Assembly: GCA_001938485.1 (NCBI GenBank)
Contig: MQRK01248900.1
Coordinates: 146,706-199,836 of the forward strand
Reading direction: 5' to 3'
Source of the DNA: Girardia tigrina
Taxonomy: Eukaryota
Length of the DNA stretch: 53,131 nucleotides
Of the stretch, positions 11,389 through 24,454 are shown one piece after another. The position numbers were made by a program, and so were the translations under genes. The notes below the pieces were generated by a model. The model was not told the DNA's origin. It saw only the letters and a list, made by a program, of their open reading frames with translations, and made no database searches. How positions within the stretch are numbered: position 1 is the first letter of the stretch; each line of letters starts with the position of its first letter.

Positions 11389-12793
11389 CAATGTACGACA
11401 AATTAATTGCACCAGGCTGAGAAAGTGGTAATATGCTGCACTGTAATCTACTAAGGACAACTGACAGAGGGTGATGAGTCATTCCGTGGGTTGCGTGTGT
11501 AAGTGTGAATGGAGATAAAGTACACTATGTGTATCGCTGTATCACATACTGTATATGCACTGAGAATGGACTTTGAACTCACCTCACACTGCAGTAGGCT
11601 GGTTTTGTAGCATAGTCATTTCTGCAATGGCAGACATCTCGCCAGGACTGAGAGAAAGAGTTATTGCTTTGAGCTAGCATACTTACAAGACTCACAGAGA
11701 GATTGGAGAAGCTATTGGTGTACATCACTCTACAGTTACAAGGATCATTAACCACTAAAAGAACACAAGCTCAGCTGCAACTTTACGTAAAGGACATTGT
11801 GGCCGGAAAGGAAAGCTGTCAGAACTAGACAAGAAAGCCATTATCCGAGAGAGCAAGAAAGACCCGCGTGTCAGTGCTCACTCTGTTCAAGCAGCTTCTT
11901 GGATGATTACAGCTAACGTTTCATTGAGAACCATACAGTGTACCCTGGTGGAAGGTGGACGGCTGGCGTTTCGACCCAGGAAGATGCACTTCCTTGACAA
12001 GAGAAAATGCAAAAATCGATTCCAATGGACAAAGCAGCACATGCATTTATCTTAGGAGATGTGGGATAAGGTAAGCAATGACTCTTTATTGTAAGGCATA
12101 TCCTCCACTGTACCTGTTTATACTGCACTGTACCACAGGTGATCTTCACCAATGAGGCTGCGACTGAAATCGGTGCACAGACAGTACAATTCGTTCGCCG
12201 TGGACAAAGGGAAGCACTCACATCTGCTCATTTCAAATAGCAGCGTGGCATCACAACGAAAGTGATGTTCTGGGGGCCATATCTGTGTTTGTTGTGGGCC
12301 CTCTCGTGCCTATTACTGGCACTATGAACTCAGACAAGTACATCGCCACTCTCACGCAGCATCTTCTACCAGCTGCACAGCATTGGTTTGGTGGTTCACT
12401 TTGGCAACTTCTTCAAAATGGCGAGCCATGCCATACGTCAATCAAGACGACGCAATTCTTAAATGCCAATGGCATTCACTGCGTACCTTTGCCATCGTAT
12501 TCACCAGATATAAATGCGATAGAGAACGTCTGAAATGTCTTGAAGAGGAAGCTGTGCCGTTTTGACCGAGGTGGAAGCACAGATGAGTTGATCGCCAAAG
12601 CTATTCACATTTTGAATACCGATCCCGATGTCAAGGCAACAGCCACCGCCTGTATGCAATCTATGCAACATTGTGGGTCTGAGTTAGTTTTGAGAAAGGG
12701 TGGACCCACTCATTACTGAAATATTAAATACTTGTCACTGGTTTCTTATTTCCTTAGAATATTCCGGTAGGGGCAATTAATTTGTCGCACATT

Positions 12794-12794
<1 letters not shown>
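11389..12794 (+). mobile_element. Tc1-family (DD34E) element with an intron-containing transposase pseudogene, Minos-like architecture
   Basis: TIRs CAATGTACGACAAATTAATTGCACC and GGGGCAATTAATTTGTCGCACATTG, TA TSD. CDS runs from ATG 11627 to TGA 12719. A phase-0 intron 12071-12138 (GTAAGC...CACAG) separates WDK from VIFTNE. QNGEPCH to SPDINAIE has 34-residue spacing. Several stops and frameshifts. Confidence 0.92.

Positions 12795-12861
<67 letters not shown>
12795..12861. repeat. (TAT)n microsatellite, right half of a tract split by the Tc1 insertion (left half about 11368-11388)
   Basis: About 22 TAT units on the right and about 6 on the left. Confidence 0.95.
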
Positions 12862-13521
12862 GTTGTTTAACATAAATTTAACATTTTAGATTTTATATTT
12901 CTGACAGTTTAAAATAAATTAAGATATTTTCATCTCCCTTCTCAGATCTATTTATTGGTAACAAATACAATAATATATAATATATAATTAAATAATCACC
13001 AAGAAAATAACCTTTAAAAAACTGATCATTTAATTTAATATTTTTGGAGATATTTATATAAAAGTATTTAGACTTTTAGTGAAAATTTTCTTTAATTATT
13101 TATCATAAACAAAAGTAAATATTGCCATCTCGACGTCCAAATTTACTCTTGTCTCCCAAGCAGACTGATTCATATGGAAATGAACATATGTTGTTAACAA
13201 ATATTTCCGTAAAAGTGAATAACGCAGCTGTATAAAACAATCAAAACTGAAAAAGAAAGTAATATCTTTGATATATAATTTGGTGAACATTTTCAGTTAT
13301 TAAAATATTTTTATATTTATAATTTTTAATTTTCAAATGTCTCTTTTTGTCTCACAATACCATTTTTATTGCTTTTAAATATTATACACAATTGTAAAAC
13401 TAATTTTACATAGTAGAAATCTTTTCTGTAAATAAACGTTTTTTTGTAAATCACAAAATTTTATTATTTTTTAAAAAAATAGAATAAACTTTTATTAATA
13501 TGATATATTATATATATATAT

Positions 13522-13711
13522 NNNNNNNNNNNNNNNNNNNNNNNNNNNNNNNNNNNNNNNNNNNNNNNNNNNNNNNNNNNNNNNNNNNNNNNNNNNNNNN
13601 NNNNNNNNNNNNNNNNNNNNNNNNNNNNNNNNNNNNNNNNNNNNNNNNNNNNNNNNNNNNNNNNNNNNNNNNNNNNNNNNNNNNNNNNNNNNNNNNNNNN
13701 NNNNNNNNNNN
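13522..13711. other. Assembly gap (190 N) inside a (TA)n tract
   Basis: N run flanked by TA repeats on both sides. Confidence 1.
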
Positions 13712-15349
13712 ATATATATATAGTGATACAATCTTGTGTTTTACGTAACAATAACCTCTTCTAGTCAATTACTACATTTATTATTCATTGTTATTGTTCC
13801 ATGTTAAAAGGTTTTGTATTTAATTTATAAAAACGTTTTTCAATTATTAAAATGAGAGAGGGTGCGGGGGGAGGCCGCTAGAAAAAGAACCCCTGTGGAA
13901 ACCAGGGCCGGTGCAGAGGACGCCCTCGGGCCGATGCATGCGGCGAATTTATTTATGTTCCAACCTGGCACTTTTGCTCAACGATAAAAAAAAATTTGTA
14001 TTAAATTCAAAATTGAAATATTTTTATACTCTTACTTGTGTCTTTTAATTTAAATATTTGTTTATACATAATTATCGGTGTCAGTGCAACTTGACTGGGT
14101 ACACTATTTGACAAGTGAGTGTAGGCTTACCATAGTACCTGTCCGTATGTCTATATCAGCATAAGTTATTTGAAGAATGACAAAAATATTTACGTATCCA
14201 AATGCAGTAGTCTTGCATTGCTTCTAAGCCTATAAATGATTCGAACTTCCTGAAATTGTTAGATGCGTTGATGAAAATGGAACTTTCAATATGATCCAGA
14301 AACAAAACACCAAAGTGCGGAATAGAATTTCAAAAACATCGAGACCTTGTACATTTTATTCTTCAAAGTTTTGTATCGTTTCATGACGAGAATTCGTCAT
14401 ATACTCCACTAAATTTGAGACCCCCAATAATTCATCTTCTCAATGGTGTTCCAAAATCTAGTCTTTTGGTTCAATCTTCCATCTTATACACCATTATTTT
14501 GGTCGGGACAACTTCTAAATACAGAAATTGAAATTAAAGTCGAAAAATTGTTTTGTGATGGGCAATTGCCGCCAATAACGGTCATTTCCCGAGACAACCA
14601 GAATGAAATAAAATACTGAAAATTATTGAAGTAAAATTTATTGACAAAAAAAAGTATATTGAAAAAGGAATCAAAAATCAAAATCTTTAAAAAAGTGTTG
14701 ATTATATCAGTTAGTTGCTTAATAATAAACTGTATTTTTTCGGTCATAATTTTTGTTTGAACCCGAATTGAAAGGCAAAGACAGGATGAGAACCATAAAA
14801 TTATTTAAATAAAATTGGCCCAAAAAGGGGAAATTTGGATTTCGAATGTTGCGGGGAAATATTAATTAAATTAATGGACACTAGAAATGCCCCTTTTAAG
14901 ATGCAGATACATCAAGAGGAATGTTATGAAGATCTTAATGGTATTAGGTATGATGCGTTCGACATTTGAATTTATGATGAAAACTTGACTGACTTTTATA
15001 TGGAATAGACTACGGTGGGATTGATCTGGTCATCATCTATGAGAGTGCTGGGATTCAATTTTCATAGATTTACGGTGCAATTTGCTCCGTTAAATTCGAT
15101 GGGGGCCATACTAGACACCATGTGGAGCTGCAGAACTCGGTATGAGCCTGTGTAGCTGCTTTGGAGAGACGTGTGATGTTCTCAAACAAGCCAAACTAAT
15201 TAAGCACTCACAAGATCTTTCGGCACATTCACTTTATATGCGTCATGTGTCGGCTGGAAAGTGACCAGATTGGGAAAGTGAAATGTTGTCGGGCCAGTTT
15301 AATGGGTTCGTCGTTGCAGGGAGAGTCGCTAAAAATATCATCAATGATT

Positions 15350-15560
15350 ATTAATCATTAAAGAGTAAGGTGTAGGAGCCGAATAGCAGCCAAGCATATA
15401 AAATCCAATAACGACTGTTTGGAATGTTTCGCCATTCCAGGAAAACCAGAAGCAATTGTTTAATTCAAATTCTATAGATAGACATTTTCTTCATCGAATT
15501 CTTCAGTGTCTGCTGAAATCTTTCGACAACGCCATTCGATCTGGTTCAATGGACCTTGGT
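15350..15560 (-). mobile_element. Gypsy-type integrase relic
   Basis: Minus strand reads RSNGVVERFQQTLKNSMKK...LLVFLEWRNIP...LLFG, matching the SNGxxER and RNTP motifs of the integrase core. Confidence 0.75.
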
Positions 15561-16115
15561 TTGTCAATGGCATTCTAACCATTCAAACCCCTTCAATACA
15601 TACACCAAAGGAAATATTACGAAATGAGCAGAATGATACATTCCAATCATTTTTCAATATTGATAAAATATGAGTATTAAATGTTTTAAAAGATTTATAA
15701 AATAATTCGGACTTTAAAATTCAAATTGATAATTGTAAATGCAAACAAACTACAAACTACTGTATTTAATAATAATGTTGTTGGAGGTTTTATATGATTT
15801 ATTATTAAAATAGACTCTTTGTTGCTTCAGTATTTTAGTGTGAATTTTCATCATTCTTCTAAAAGGTTAAACTCATTTCCTACACAAAAATATAACATGA
15901 TTCTTATAATTATGGATTAGCCATACTTTTTATTGTATATTTTTATTTTTTTAATACTATTATTTTTAAAACGTCGTTTTATGATTAATCAGTAACATAG
16001 ATAAAAACATTGAGACTATATGGAAATTAGAAGTGAATTTAACGGACTCAATATTTTTATTAATGTTTTCTAGTTCTCCTTTAGAAATTTTGTAACAAAC
16101 TTGTATATTTCTTAG

Positions 16116-16330
16116 GAAAATGCGACTTATTCGGAATTGAAATCAACCAACATCCAAGCAGGTCCGGTTACGATGTGAGATCCCTCACGTACTGTGAGCT
16201 CCAATGCCTCGACCTTTCAAGTCTTGTTGTCATATTTGATCAATACCCTAATTTCAAAAAATCCTTTACGGACGCCTTATCTGATGAACTGTCTTTCAAT
16301 ATAACAGATAATTCGGAAAATAATAATTCC
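16116..16330 (+). CDS. elk: ELK/Kv12 (KCNH3/4/8-like) voltage-gated K+ channel, internal exon encoding the C-terminal half of the cyclic-nucleotide-binding homology domain
   Basis: Acceptor TTTCTTAG, donor GTAAGT, phase 1 to phase 0. Translates as (G)KCDLFGIEINQHPSRSGYDVRSLTYCELQCLDLSSLVVIFDQYPNFKKSFTDALSDELSFNITDNSENNNS, matching KCNH GKGD...DVxALTYCDL...YP.F...L(T/S)(Y/F)N. Not in the ORF track. Confidence 0.93.
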
Positions 16331-16544
16331 GTAAGTTTTAAATTCTTTTAACAGTTCTTATTAAAATACAAATACAAAAATAGAACACGATACACTTTCC
16401 TTATAATTTTAAGATATTTACAAAAAAAACAGAACTTGATCCTTCAAAAAGTGGTTAGTGTAATCGATATTCAATTTTTATAATAATACTTTTATAATAA
16501 TTAATAAAAAATTTTAATAACCAGTCCGAGACAAAGGCAAAGGT

Positions 16545-16900
16545 GTGCTTTTGGTGATTGTCTTGTTAGAATATCATACCACGAACCATTGCATGCCTCG
16601 CATTAAGAAGCATATGAGTCTCCAGGATGTCCCTAAACCTAATGGCCCATGGTGTCACAAATGCGGACGAGGAGCAAACAACGTTGAGGGAGAAACAGCT
16701 CTACACTTGATAGTGATAGTGGAATTTCTCACTCCTACGATATTTACATACGTTGTTCATCGGATTCGAAAAGAAGAAAAGAATACTGGTCCGAGAAGAG
16801 CACCTTTTTCAAGTCTGCTGATGTCCAATGGTAGTGCTTTTTGGTGAATAAAACTCTTTGGAGAAATCAGAGTTTTCTTGGCGATACATTCTTCAAGCAG
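16545..16900 (+). mobile_element. Highly decayed LTR-retrotransposon integrase relic
   Basis: LQDVPKPNGPW...LIVIVEF...APFSSLLMSNGSAF*IKLFGEIRVFLAI resembles the integrase pattern PxPxxPW, LVIVD, PxxLxSDNGxxF. Confidence 0.5.
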
Positions 16901-17374
16901 TCCGACAGAGAAAAGCCTAAGCTGAAACGTTGATGGAGATAGCATAACGCAGTGGGTGGTGTCAATTTCCCTCTTTATGTCCACCCATTGAAGCGATAGT
17001 TAGCCTTGATGGAATCTTCTCTCAGAGTGGGTGTCATGGTGTTAGTGAGATTTGTAACAAGCTAATATATAAATTACCCTTCTACAGGAGAAATTTAACT
17101 GTTTGCAGAGGTCGTCAATAAAGATACCTACCCATCAACAAAAATAACAAAAATTAATAGTAATTATGAAAATATAAAGTCCAAAACTTAAAAAATTAAA
17201 TCAGCAAAATCAAAATATTCCGACTGAACCCGGTGTTAGAAATTTCTTGGTACACCTACAGTATACCGGAAGCTCACGATACACTAAAATCAAGATTCAT
17301 CTGTATTAAAACTAGAAAGAGCCCATTTGAAAAAAATTGCGTAAAATTGATCAAATTTTAGGCTTTTTACCACG

Positions 17375-17500
17375 TTTTTATTAGCTTGCTTTCTTGTCTG
17401 TTTGTCTGTCTGGAACAAATCTTGCGATTGATTTTTCGACCACTTTCAGTCATCCAATTCAGCTGAATTTTTTATACAGGCTTGCTTCCGATGGCAATAC
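17375..17500 (+). mobile_element. Helentron/DINE-1-like (HINE) 5' fragment
   Basis: TTTTTATTAGCTT start, (GTCT)-like microsatellite and CCAATTCAGCTGAATTTTT core, the usual HINE layout. Confidence 0.5.
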
Positions 17501-17556
17501 AATTTGATAAAAAAAATTTTGAAAAAGAAATTCCTAAATGATAACTAAAAATAGTT

Positions 17557-17905
17557 AAATAATATTATTAATAAAAAAAATTTTTTATAAAAACAACCAC
17601 GCTTTTCAAGCATTACTAATGCACTAAAAAGAGGAAAATATTTTTTTTCTAGACATGTGAGAAATTTTATACCTAACCAAAAACGTGGGGCATAGAAATG
17701 ATCGATTGTTACTAAAAAGCAGTAAAGAGGAAATAGNNNNNNNNNNNNNNNNNNNNNNNNNNNNNNNNNNNNNNNNNNNNNNNNNNTTAGGTATAAAATT
17801 TCGCACATGTCTAGAAAAAAATTATTTTCCTCTTTTTAGTGCATTGGTAATGCTTGAAAAACGTGGTTGTTTTTATAAAAAAAATTTTTATTAATAATAT
17901 TATTT
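17557..17905. repeat. Foldback/MITE-like inverted repeat with about 120-bp arms around a 50-N gap (17737-17786)
   Basis: 17557-17676 is the near-perfect reverse complement of 17787-17905, with a few substitutions. ORFs 17545-17808(-) and 17685-17894(+) share peptide for this reason. Confidence 0.85.
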
Positions 17906-18639
17906 CTTTTTAATTCCAAATAATTGAAATTAAATAAAACTAGAATATTTTTAATGATTGGTTGAATCACTTTGAACATTTAAACATGGTTTAAAATTTT
18001 ATTTAATTCGAAAGTTTATTATAATCGAATCTCAGACATAAAATTCCTTGGATAAAAACTCGAAGAACAAAAACCTTGTATTTTATTTCAATTATGGGAT
18101 AGAAGAGAATCACTAAATCAATTTACTGGAAAATAGCTAGTGCAGATGGCACTGCAACATTACATCGGACGATAAATAATACTTTTGATGTTTCAATATG
18201 GGCAAAGAATAATTCAACGAGATAAGAAAGCAGGAACCTTTCTTCGCCGACTACGAGTAGGTCATCCTTCGAAAGCATCTCTTAAAACACATAAGAAAGA
18301 AAGTAGACGAGCTACATTAAGGGACATTTTGGAAAGAAGTGTGTTTAACATCTTTAAAAGTTTTGAGCGTCAAATCTTTACTAAGTAAAAATTTTGTATT
18401 AGGACAATCAAAAAATGAATCATTAGAAAATCGTCAAACCAGAATTTTTGGTGTTAGGAACGATTGCATTAGAATGAAGAAGATTAAAATTATTTTCTTT
18501 GGAAAGATGAATGCCCAGTGCAGTTATGTCCTAAAATCGATTAGTTACAGTTTTAAAGCACGCGAGGGAATATTTTAATCGTTATTGTATTTCTGTTGAA
18601 GGTGTTGAAAGGGGTAAGTTGACCAAGTTATATGATTTC

Positions 18640-19090
18640 ACTTCATCCTTTGGAACAGTCGATATTTGTTTTTTTATGGAATAGTTTATCGGTTTTCATT
18701 CATAGAAGTCAATTCATTTTTGAGCACATTCCAAGAATTATCAATTGGACTGAGGCCTGGGGAGTTTCGAAACCATAGTTCTAAGACCTTTATCCCCTCT
18801 TCTCAAAGCCATTGGAGCTCAGATCTAGCTGTATAGCACCTCGATCTATCTTGTTCAAATATATTTGTATTTCTTCAATATTTCGTTTCTTGGAGTACTA
18901 CTTTATAAACTGTTTTATTAATACAAAAACCTTATAGTAAAATAAGTTACGATAATCAAACCATTCTTTTGGTAATATAGATAACAAAATGATCTGCTGG
19001 GGTTCATTTTGAGGTCGTCCCCTTAGAAGAAATCCGAACTTTTCAAAGGAAGTTTTATCTGAGAATAGTACTTTTCTCCTATTGATAGTA
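18640..19090 (-). mobile_element. Decayed Tc1 transposase relic
   Basis: Minus strand has RKVLFSDKTSFEKFG and FEQDRSRCYTARS...KVLELWFRNSPGLSPIDNSWNVLK, decayed forms of FSDE, QQDNA and SPDLNPIENxW. Confidence 0.8.
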
Positions 19091-20427
19091 GTGCTTTCAA
19101 TTGATAGAAATTGTAGTGCCTTGGCACAAAGTAATAAAAGAATCATTCTTAAATTTAAGAATAGGGTGAGGTTTAAGAATCGGTTGTTTTTTGAGTCTTT
19201 TAAGTTGACTAGTTTGATTGAAGGTCTAACTCTTAAATGTACAAGAATAATTTTGAAAGTTAAGTATTCGCATCAGTATATGTATTTTATTTTTACCATT
19301 TAATCATTCAATTGTTTTTCTCAATATTATATAAATATTAAGACTATTTACATGTGTATGTCTATGAAACTCATATTTCCAGGATGAGAATTAATTAACT
19401 CTCAGGAAATTTTTATAGGAAAAATAATCGGTTGTTTTTGTATTATAAATTAATAATCATAAACAATATGTACGAAGTATAACTATTTAGTCAGACCGGA
19501 AATAATTGAGATATAGGAAATAAAAAAATTTGAACTATACATCAGAAAAGAACAATGATGATGTTGTAATGATCCAAGAGCTTTTGTAGGTCGTGACTGA
19601 AAATTGTTTGGAGTATGGCTTATTTGACCTACCCTTGTCAAATGGGAGAAGACGTTTTGTAAATTGTATCAGGTCTAATTGAAGTTTGATCCCCTTTTTA
19701 CTAGTTTTATAAAGAAATAGATGAAGTAATCGCAATTCACTACTTGTTTAACGTTCTTGTAACCGATTAATATTAAAGATAACAGGATTTCTTAAATGTC
19801 CTAAAAAGGTTTTTTGAATTTTTGTCGCAGTTTTCACATAAAGTGTTCATATTGTAACTCGTATTTTACCCTTGGAAAAATTTCGTTTGCAAAAAATATA
19901 TTCCCATTTACTTTATAGAATATAACAGTAAAAGGAACATCTGCACTACCCTGAGATTATGTTAACGCCATCTATGAACATAGGGTATAAAATGTATAAG
20001 TTATTCGCTATATCTATAAAAATTTACTGTTGAACGATCAAGAAAGATTTAAGCTGTTAGATGATCGACTTTCAAACTTCTTAGAGATCTGTGGCATATG
20101 TACCAAAATAAACATGAAAATAATCAAATATCATTTGAATCTTCATTTTATATTTAAGGAAAATTAATTTATTTATCATATGTATTTTGGGTCACCTATC
20201 AAAATTTCGCAATAACAATTTGCAGAAAAAAAAATCACGAAACTTTTCATAATTATCTAGAAAAACTTCGTAAAAATTATTCTAATATTTTTGGTAGTAA
20301 ATTTCGTCTCGAAAATGATGATTATATTTAATTTTTAAAAAATAAAGGTTAAGTACACATAATACTTCTTTCCGCAACGATCAGAGATATTTTTTCGCAA
20401 AAACATTTACTAAATAAATACATAATA

Positions 20428-21717
20428 TTAGGTTGTTGCAAAAGTAATGCAGGTTGTCGAAGCTAAACTTTAAACAAATGTAAGTCAGCACAGAATAAAC
20501 TTTATTAATCGAAATAAAAACCATCAGAATCAGTACATGTTTGCCAACGAAGAACAAGTTTATTGATGACCCTAGTGTAGAACTCCTGATTTCTTGATGC
20601 GATGAAAACGTTAAAGGTGTCTTTTGTATCGTCTTGGTTTTTGAAGCATTTTTTTTCTGGAAGTTGTCCAGATGCTTGAAAAAATGGTAGTCGGTGAGCG
20701 AGAGGTCCGGTGAGTAGGGTGGATGAGGCAGTTTCGTGGCCCAATTCGTTAGCTTTTGTAGGGTCGGTTTTGCGATGTGTGGCCGGACATTGTCGTGGAG
20801 GAGAATTGTCCCATTCATATTGACCAATCTTGGGCACATACGTCGAAGCTCGTGATGCATTTTGTCAATTTGTTGGCATTTCTTCTCTGTGGTGATCATT
20901 TCACTTGAACTCTGAAAGCTGTGATGAATGAGGCCAGATGCAGATCATCAAATATTCACCATAACCTTCTTTTGGTGGAGTTTCGGTTTCGGAAATTGGT
21001 GAGGTGCCTCATCGCTATCTAAATATTGTGCCGAACGTCGCCGATAGTTGTAGATAATCCACTTCTTATCAAACATCCCAATCCGATGGAGAAACGAGTC
21101 GTTCTTGTAGCACGGAAGAAGCGCGGAAGACACCTCAAAACGACGATTTTTTTGACTTTTGTTCAATTTGTGAGGCTCCCTTTTGTTGAGCTTTTTTGAC
21201 TTTTTAATTTGCTTCAAGTGCCAAGCGACGGTTTAGGGATCAACGTTAAGCTCTTATGCGAGTGCTCGAATAACTGTGTGTGGATCGACAACCTAGAGCT
21301 CCTTCAATTCGTCGTTGTCAAAGGTCGATGGGCGGCTTCTATGAGGCTCATCTTCCAGGTTGGTATTGCCAGAGCGAAACTTATGATACCAGCGCTACAC
21401 CGTGCATTCATTGACACTTCTCTTGTCCCAAACTTCGTTCATGTTTCGAGCGGTTTGAGCTGCATTACGTCCTAGCTTGAACATGTAGAAGTAAATGTTG
21501 CGAAAATCACGTTTAGACATCTGCAATTAAAATCGAAATTATTAACAAAAGAAACATTATAATAAGTTTTAGGTAAATATATATGAAATAGTATAAATTA
21601 AGCTTTCGAATAACTCATAACATAGTACAATACATAACATCATACATGATTTAGTCGTATAAAATTGCGGTAAATACAAAAAAATCAAAAACCTGCATTC
21701 CTTTTGCAACAACTTAA
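20428..21717 (-). mobile_element. Full-length mariner, cecropia/Hsmar1-like, pseudogenised
   Basis: TIRs TTAGGTTGTTGCAAAAGTAATGCAGGTT and inverse, TA TSD, 1290 bp. ATG at 21520 (MSKRDFRNIYFYMFKLG). Contains HDNVRPH and YSPDLSLTDYHFFKHLDNF. Multiple frameshifts. Confidence 0.95.
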
Positions 21718-23064
21718 TATATAACGTAAAAATCACGCTTCACAAAATTGTTTTGTGGTCAACATAAATTGATCTCTTGGACCGCACTTTGTCAACCTCT
21801 GCTGAACATAATGTTGCATAACAAATAATTGAAGATTACTTAAAATAAAAACTTTCTTAATTATTTTAATACCCATTTCCTTCATATTCCAAACAAAATC
21901 AAAAAAAAATAATTTTAATATTTGTATTAAATTAATTATATATGACCAAATGCTGAGAAAATGGACTACAAGTAGGAAACTGAGTTAAGAGTGCCGCGTT
22001 GTATGTCTCATAATAGTTAACAACTATGCAAAAAATCATGCTGATATTCCATTATTTGACTCTTCTACAGATATTACAATGGTCATATTCATAAAAACTC
22101 GTTTTTGAGAAAACACGAATTGAAACATTATGTTTATTATGCAATGCGTTTATAATGCGTTTTGGACTGCAGCAGTCTGAATAATGATTCACCTGACTTT
22201 AAATATTTTCACTGAAATTAATCATCAAGCCGCTATATATACCTAATTACAAAAAGTATTTTCCTCAGTATTGGTATGATTTATTAGCGAAAACACAATG
22301 ACCGACTTGTGGTCCCTTTTCACTCAGTCACTTGAAGTTGGTAGTTATGGCCTATAAATAGGTCCGAACAACAAATGATGCATGCTGTATTCATGGGCAT
22401 GGATTGACCTATTGAAATAGATAGAGAACTTCTTTTGCCCCATTTTTGACCAATCCACTATTACAGGCGATTTCTGGGCTTTCTGTGCAGCGACTTATGG
22501 TCCCTTTCTCAGCTGCGGTCACATATTACAATAATAGAGGTATAGTTATGTAACATTAGATATGGGGAATGACAAATTCTGTTTACTTTAAATATTCAGA
22601 ACCAAAAAATAAAAAAGAAAAAGAGTATAATTGTAATTTAAATAAACAAAGAGAAAAAATATTTTCGAGAACCAAAAATACATTTACTGAATAACAGAAA
22701 CAAATAAATTAAAGCATCAAACAACTAGCTATGTTTTTCAAATATTTTATCCTTTCGGAATGCAGATAACTGCCTATGGTGGCCATTATATTTCGGCTAT
22801 ATACTTTATATTTTTTCTATTTGGAAATGCAATGATACTGCTACTAGCCCTAATATAATCATCGTATGCAATTTTTTCTTCAAGCTGAATTTTATTCAAT
22901 AACACAAATAATGAAGGATGAGATTTGCGACATTTTAATTACGAAATTTTGATTTGCAAGATAACAGTTGATTTTTTAAATTTTTTCATGTTAAAGATTT
23001 GAATTAATATTATAGAGAACATCTTTTATGAACCAATTAAAATGACCAAAGTTGAACTCTTCAG

Positions 23065-23321
23065 GGAACTGAGAGCAATTCAGAAACAAATTCAAGAGGA
23101 GAAACAGATTTGATTCTTCCTGCTATTTCAGAAGGAGACGAAGAAGATACAAATGAGCCACAGAAATCTCCTGAGGAACTTGAGTTAAGTCCAAATCTTT
23201 CAAGTAAAGACAATTTCATAGATCGAGATTTTGAGTCCGATCGGAACAGATTCTTTCAAAAAAAAGAGCAGCCTTATGATCAGAATTTCAAGCGACATAA
23301 CTCAATTGTGTCGCAATCAAG
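23065..23321 (+). CDS. elk: ELK/Kv12 channel, penultimate coding exon (post-CNBHD linker)
   Basis: Acceptor CTCTTCAG, donor GTAAAT, phase 0 to phase 2, in frame with both flanking exons. GTESNSETNSRGETDLILPAISEGDEED... contains the LPxIxEx(D/E)E motif found after the CNBHD in ELK channels. Confidence 0.85.
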
Positions 23322-24454
23322 GTAAATTATACTTCGTTCAAAGTAAATAAGAGGAACAATTAATAGATAATTTAGATGGAAACTAAAACTATCTTAAATT
23401 GTATTTCTGCATAAATTTGATATTATTTTTCACATTATATTTGTTTTATGTTTACTCAAAATTGTGAGAAATTCTAAAGGATTTTTTCGAAAGATACAAA
23501 TATTTAATTAACGAGTCCAAATTCTGTTTTTTAGAAATATTCTTTTATATAATAGAATTAATTTAATTTTTATAATATAATATGTGCAAAAAGAATTAAA
23601 TGTTTTTTTTTAATTTTAATTAAAAATTTAAAATGAAAATTACTTTTATTTGAAATTATTTTTTAAAAAAATGTATTAAATTATTATAAAATAAAATATT
23701 TAAATTATAAACTTTTCATGAGAGATTACCTAGAAAGAGTGACTGCATCGTTACTACTGCAAATCTTGGACTTTTAATACTTCTCTTTATTCTATGACTT
23801 GATAAAAATACAGGAAAATAAGTTAGAATTTGTATATCAAAATTTAAAAGACTCATAATAAAAGAGAAAAAATATAAATTCAGAAAAATATTTTTTAAAG
23901 AAAAGGAAAGTTGAATATTTTTCTGGGCATAAATTTAAAAATTGTACAGATTTCGTTCGGTTCCTAATGCTATTCCTCGCCCTTTATTATTGAAAAGGTT
24001 AAGATGTGGTTTCTTCTGAGTCAAAATATAAAACCAAATTTTTCTACTTGCCTGCATGGAATTTTCACAATTATAAAATTCGGCTCAATCTTTGTCAGTT
24101 GAAGTGTTGCACCACCTTGAATGCTTGATGTTTTGGAAAAACAATACATGTTGAGTGGAAAATTAACATTTTGAATTTACCGAACATTTTACAAACTGAA
24201 CAACTCCTGGTCAAGTGTAACAAATCAGTTGAAAAAGTGTTCCAATGATGATAAAATTCATTTAACTATGGATGAATTTAAAGATGAATACAAATTTCAA
24301 ATCTCACAGAAAAGCCTAAAATAAATCAAATTATATGTTACTAAAAAAACTGAATTAAAATGAATTTAATAAATAAATAATAATATTTCATATTAAAAGT
24401 TATTTAAATATTTTAAAAGTTGATTAGAAATGTCATCAGTTGTATGACTTTATA

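Noticed and set aside
13464-13768. ORFs spanning the N-gap
   Set aside because: Artefacts of translating N and (TA)n.
14484-14747. 87-aa ORF with GNCPSQN/SCPDQN, resembling a transposase DNCxxQNK motif
   Set aside because: The rest is low-complexity F/I/N. The repeated peptide reflects short DNA subrepeats, not a protein.
22040-22600. Possible DD37D/DD41D Tc1-like relic
   Set aside because: Only a faint VxxWxG...PxFF-like trace is present, and I could not identify TIRs or catalytic motifs.
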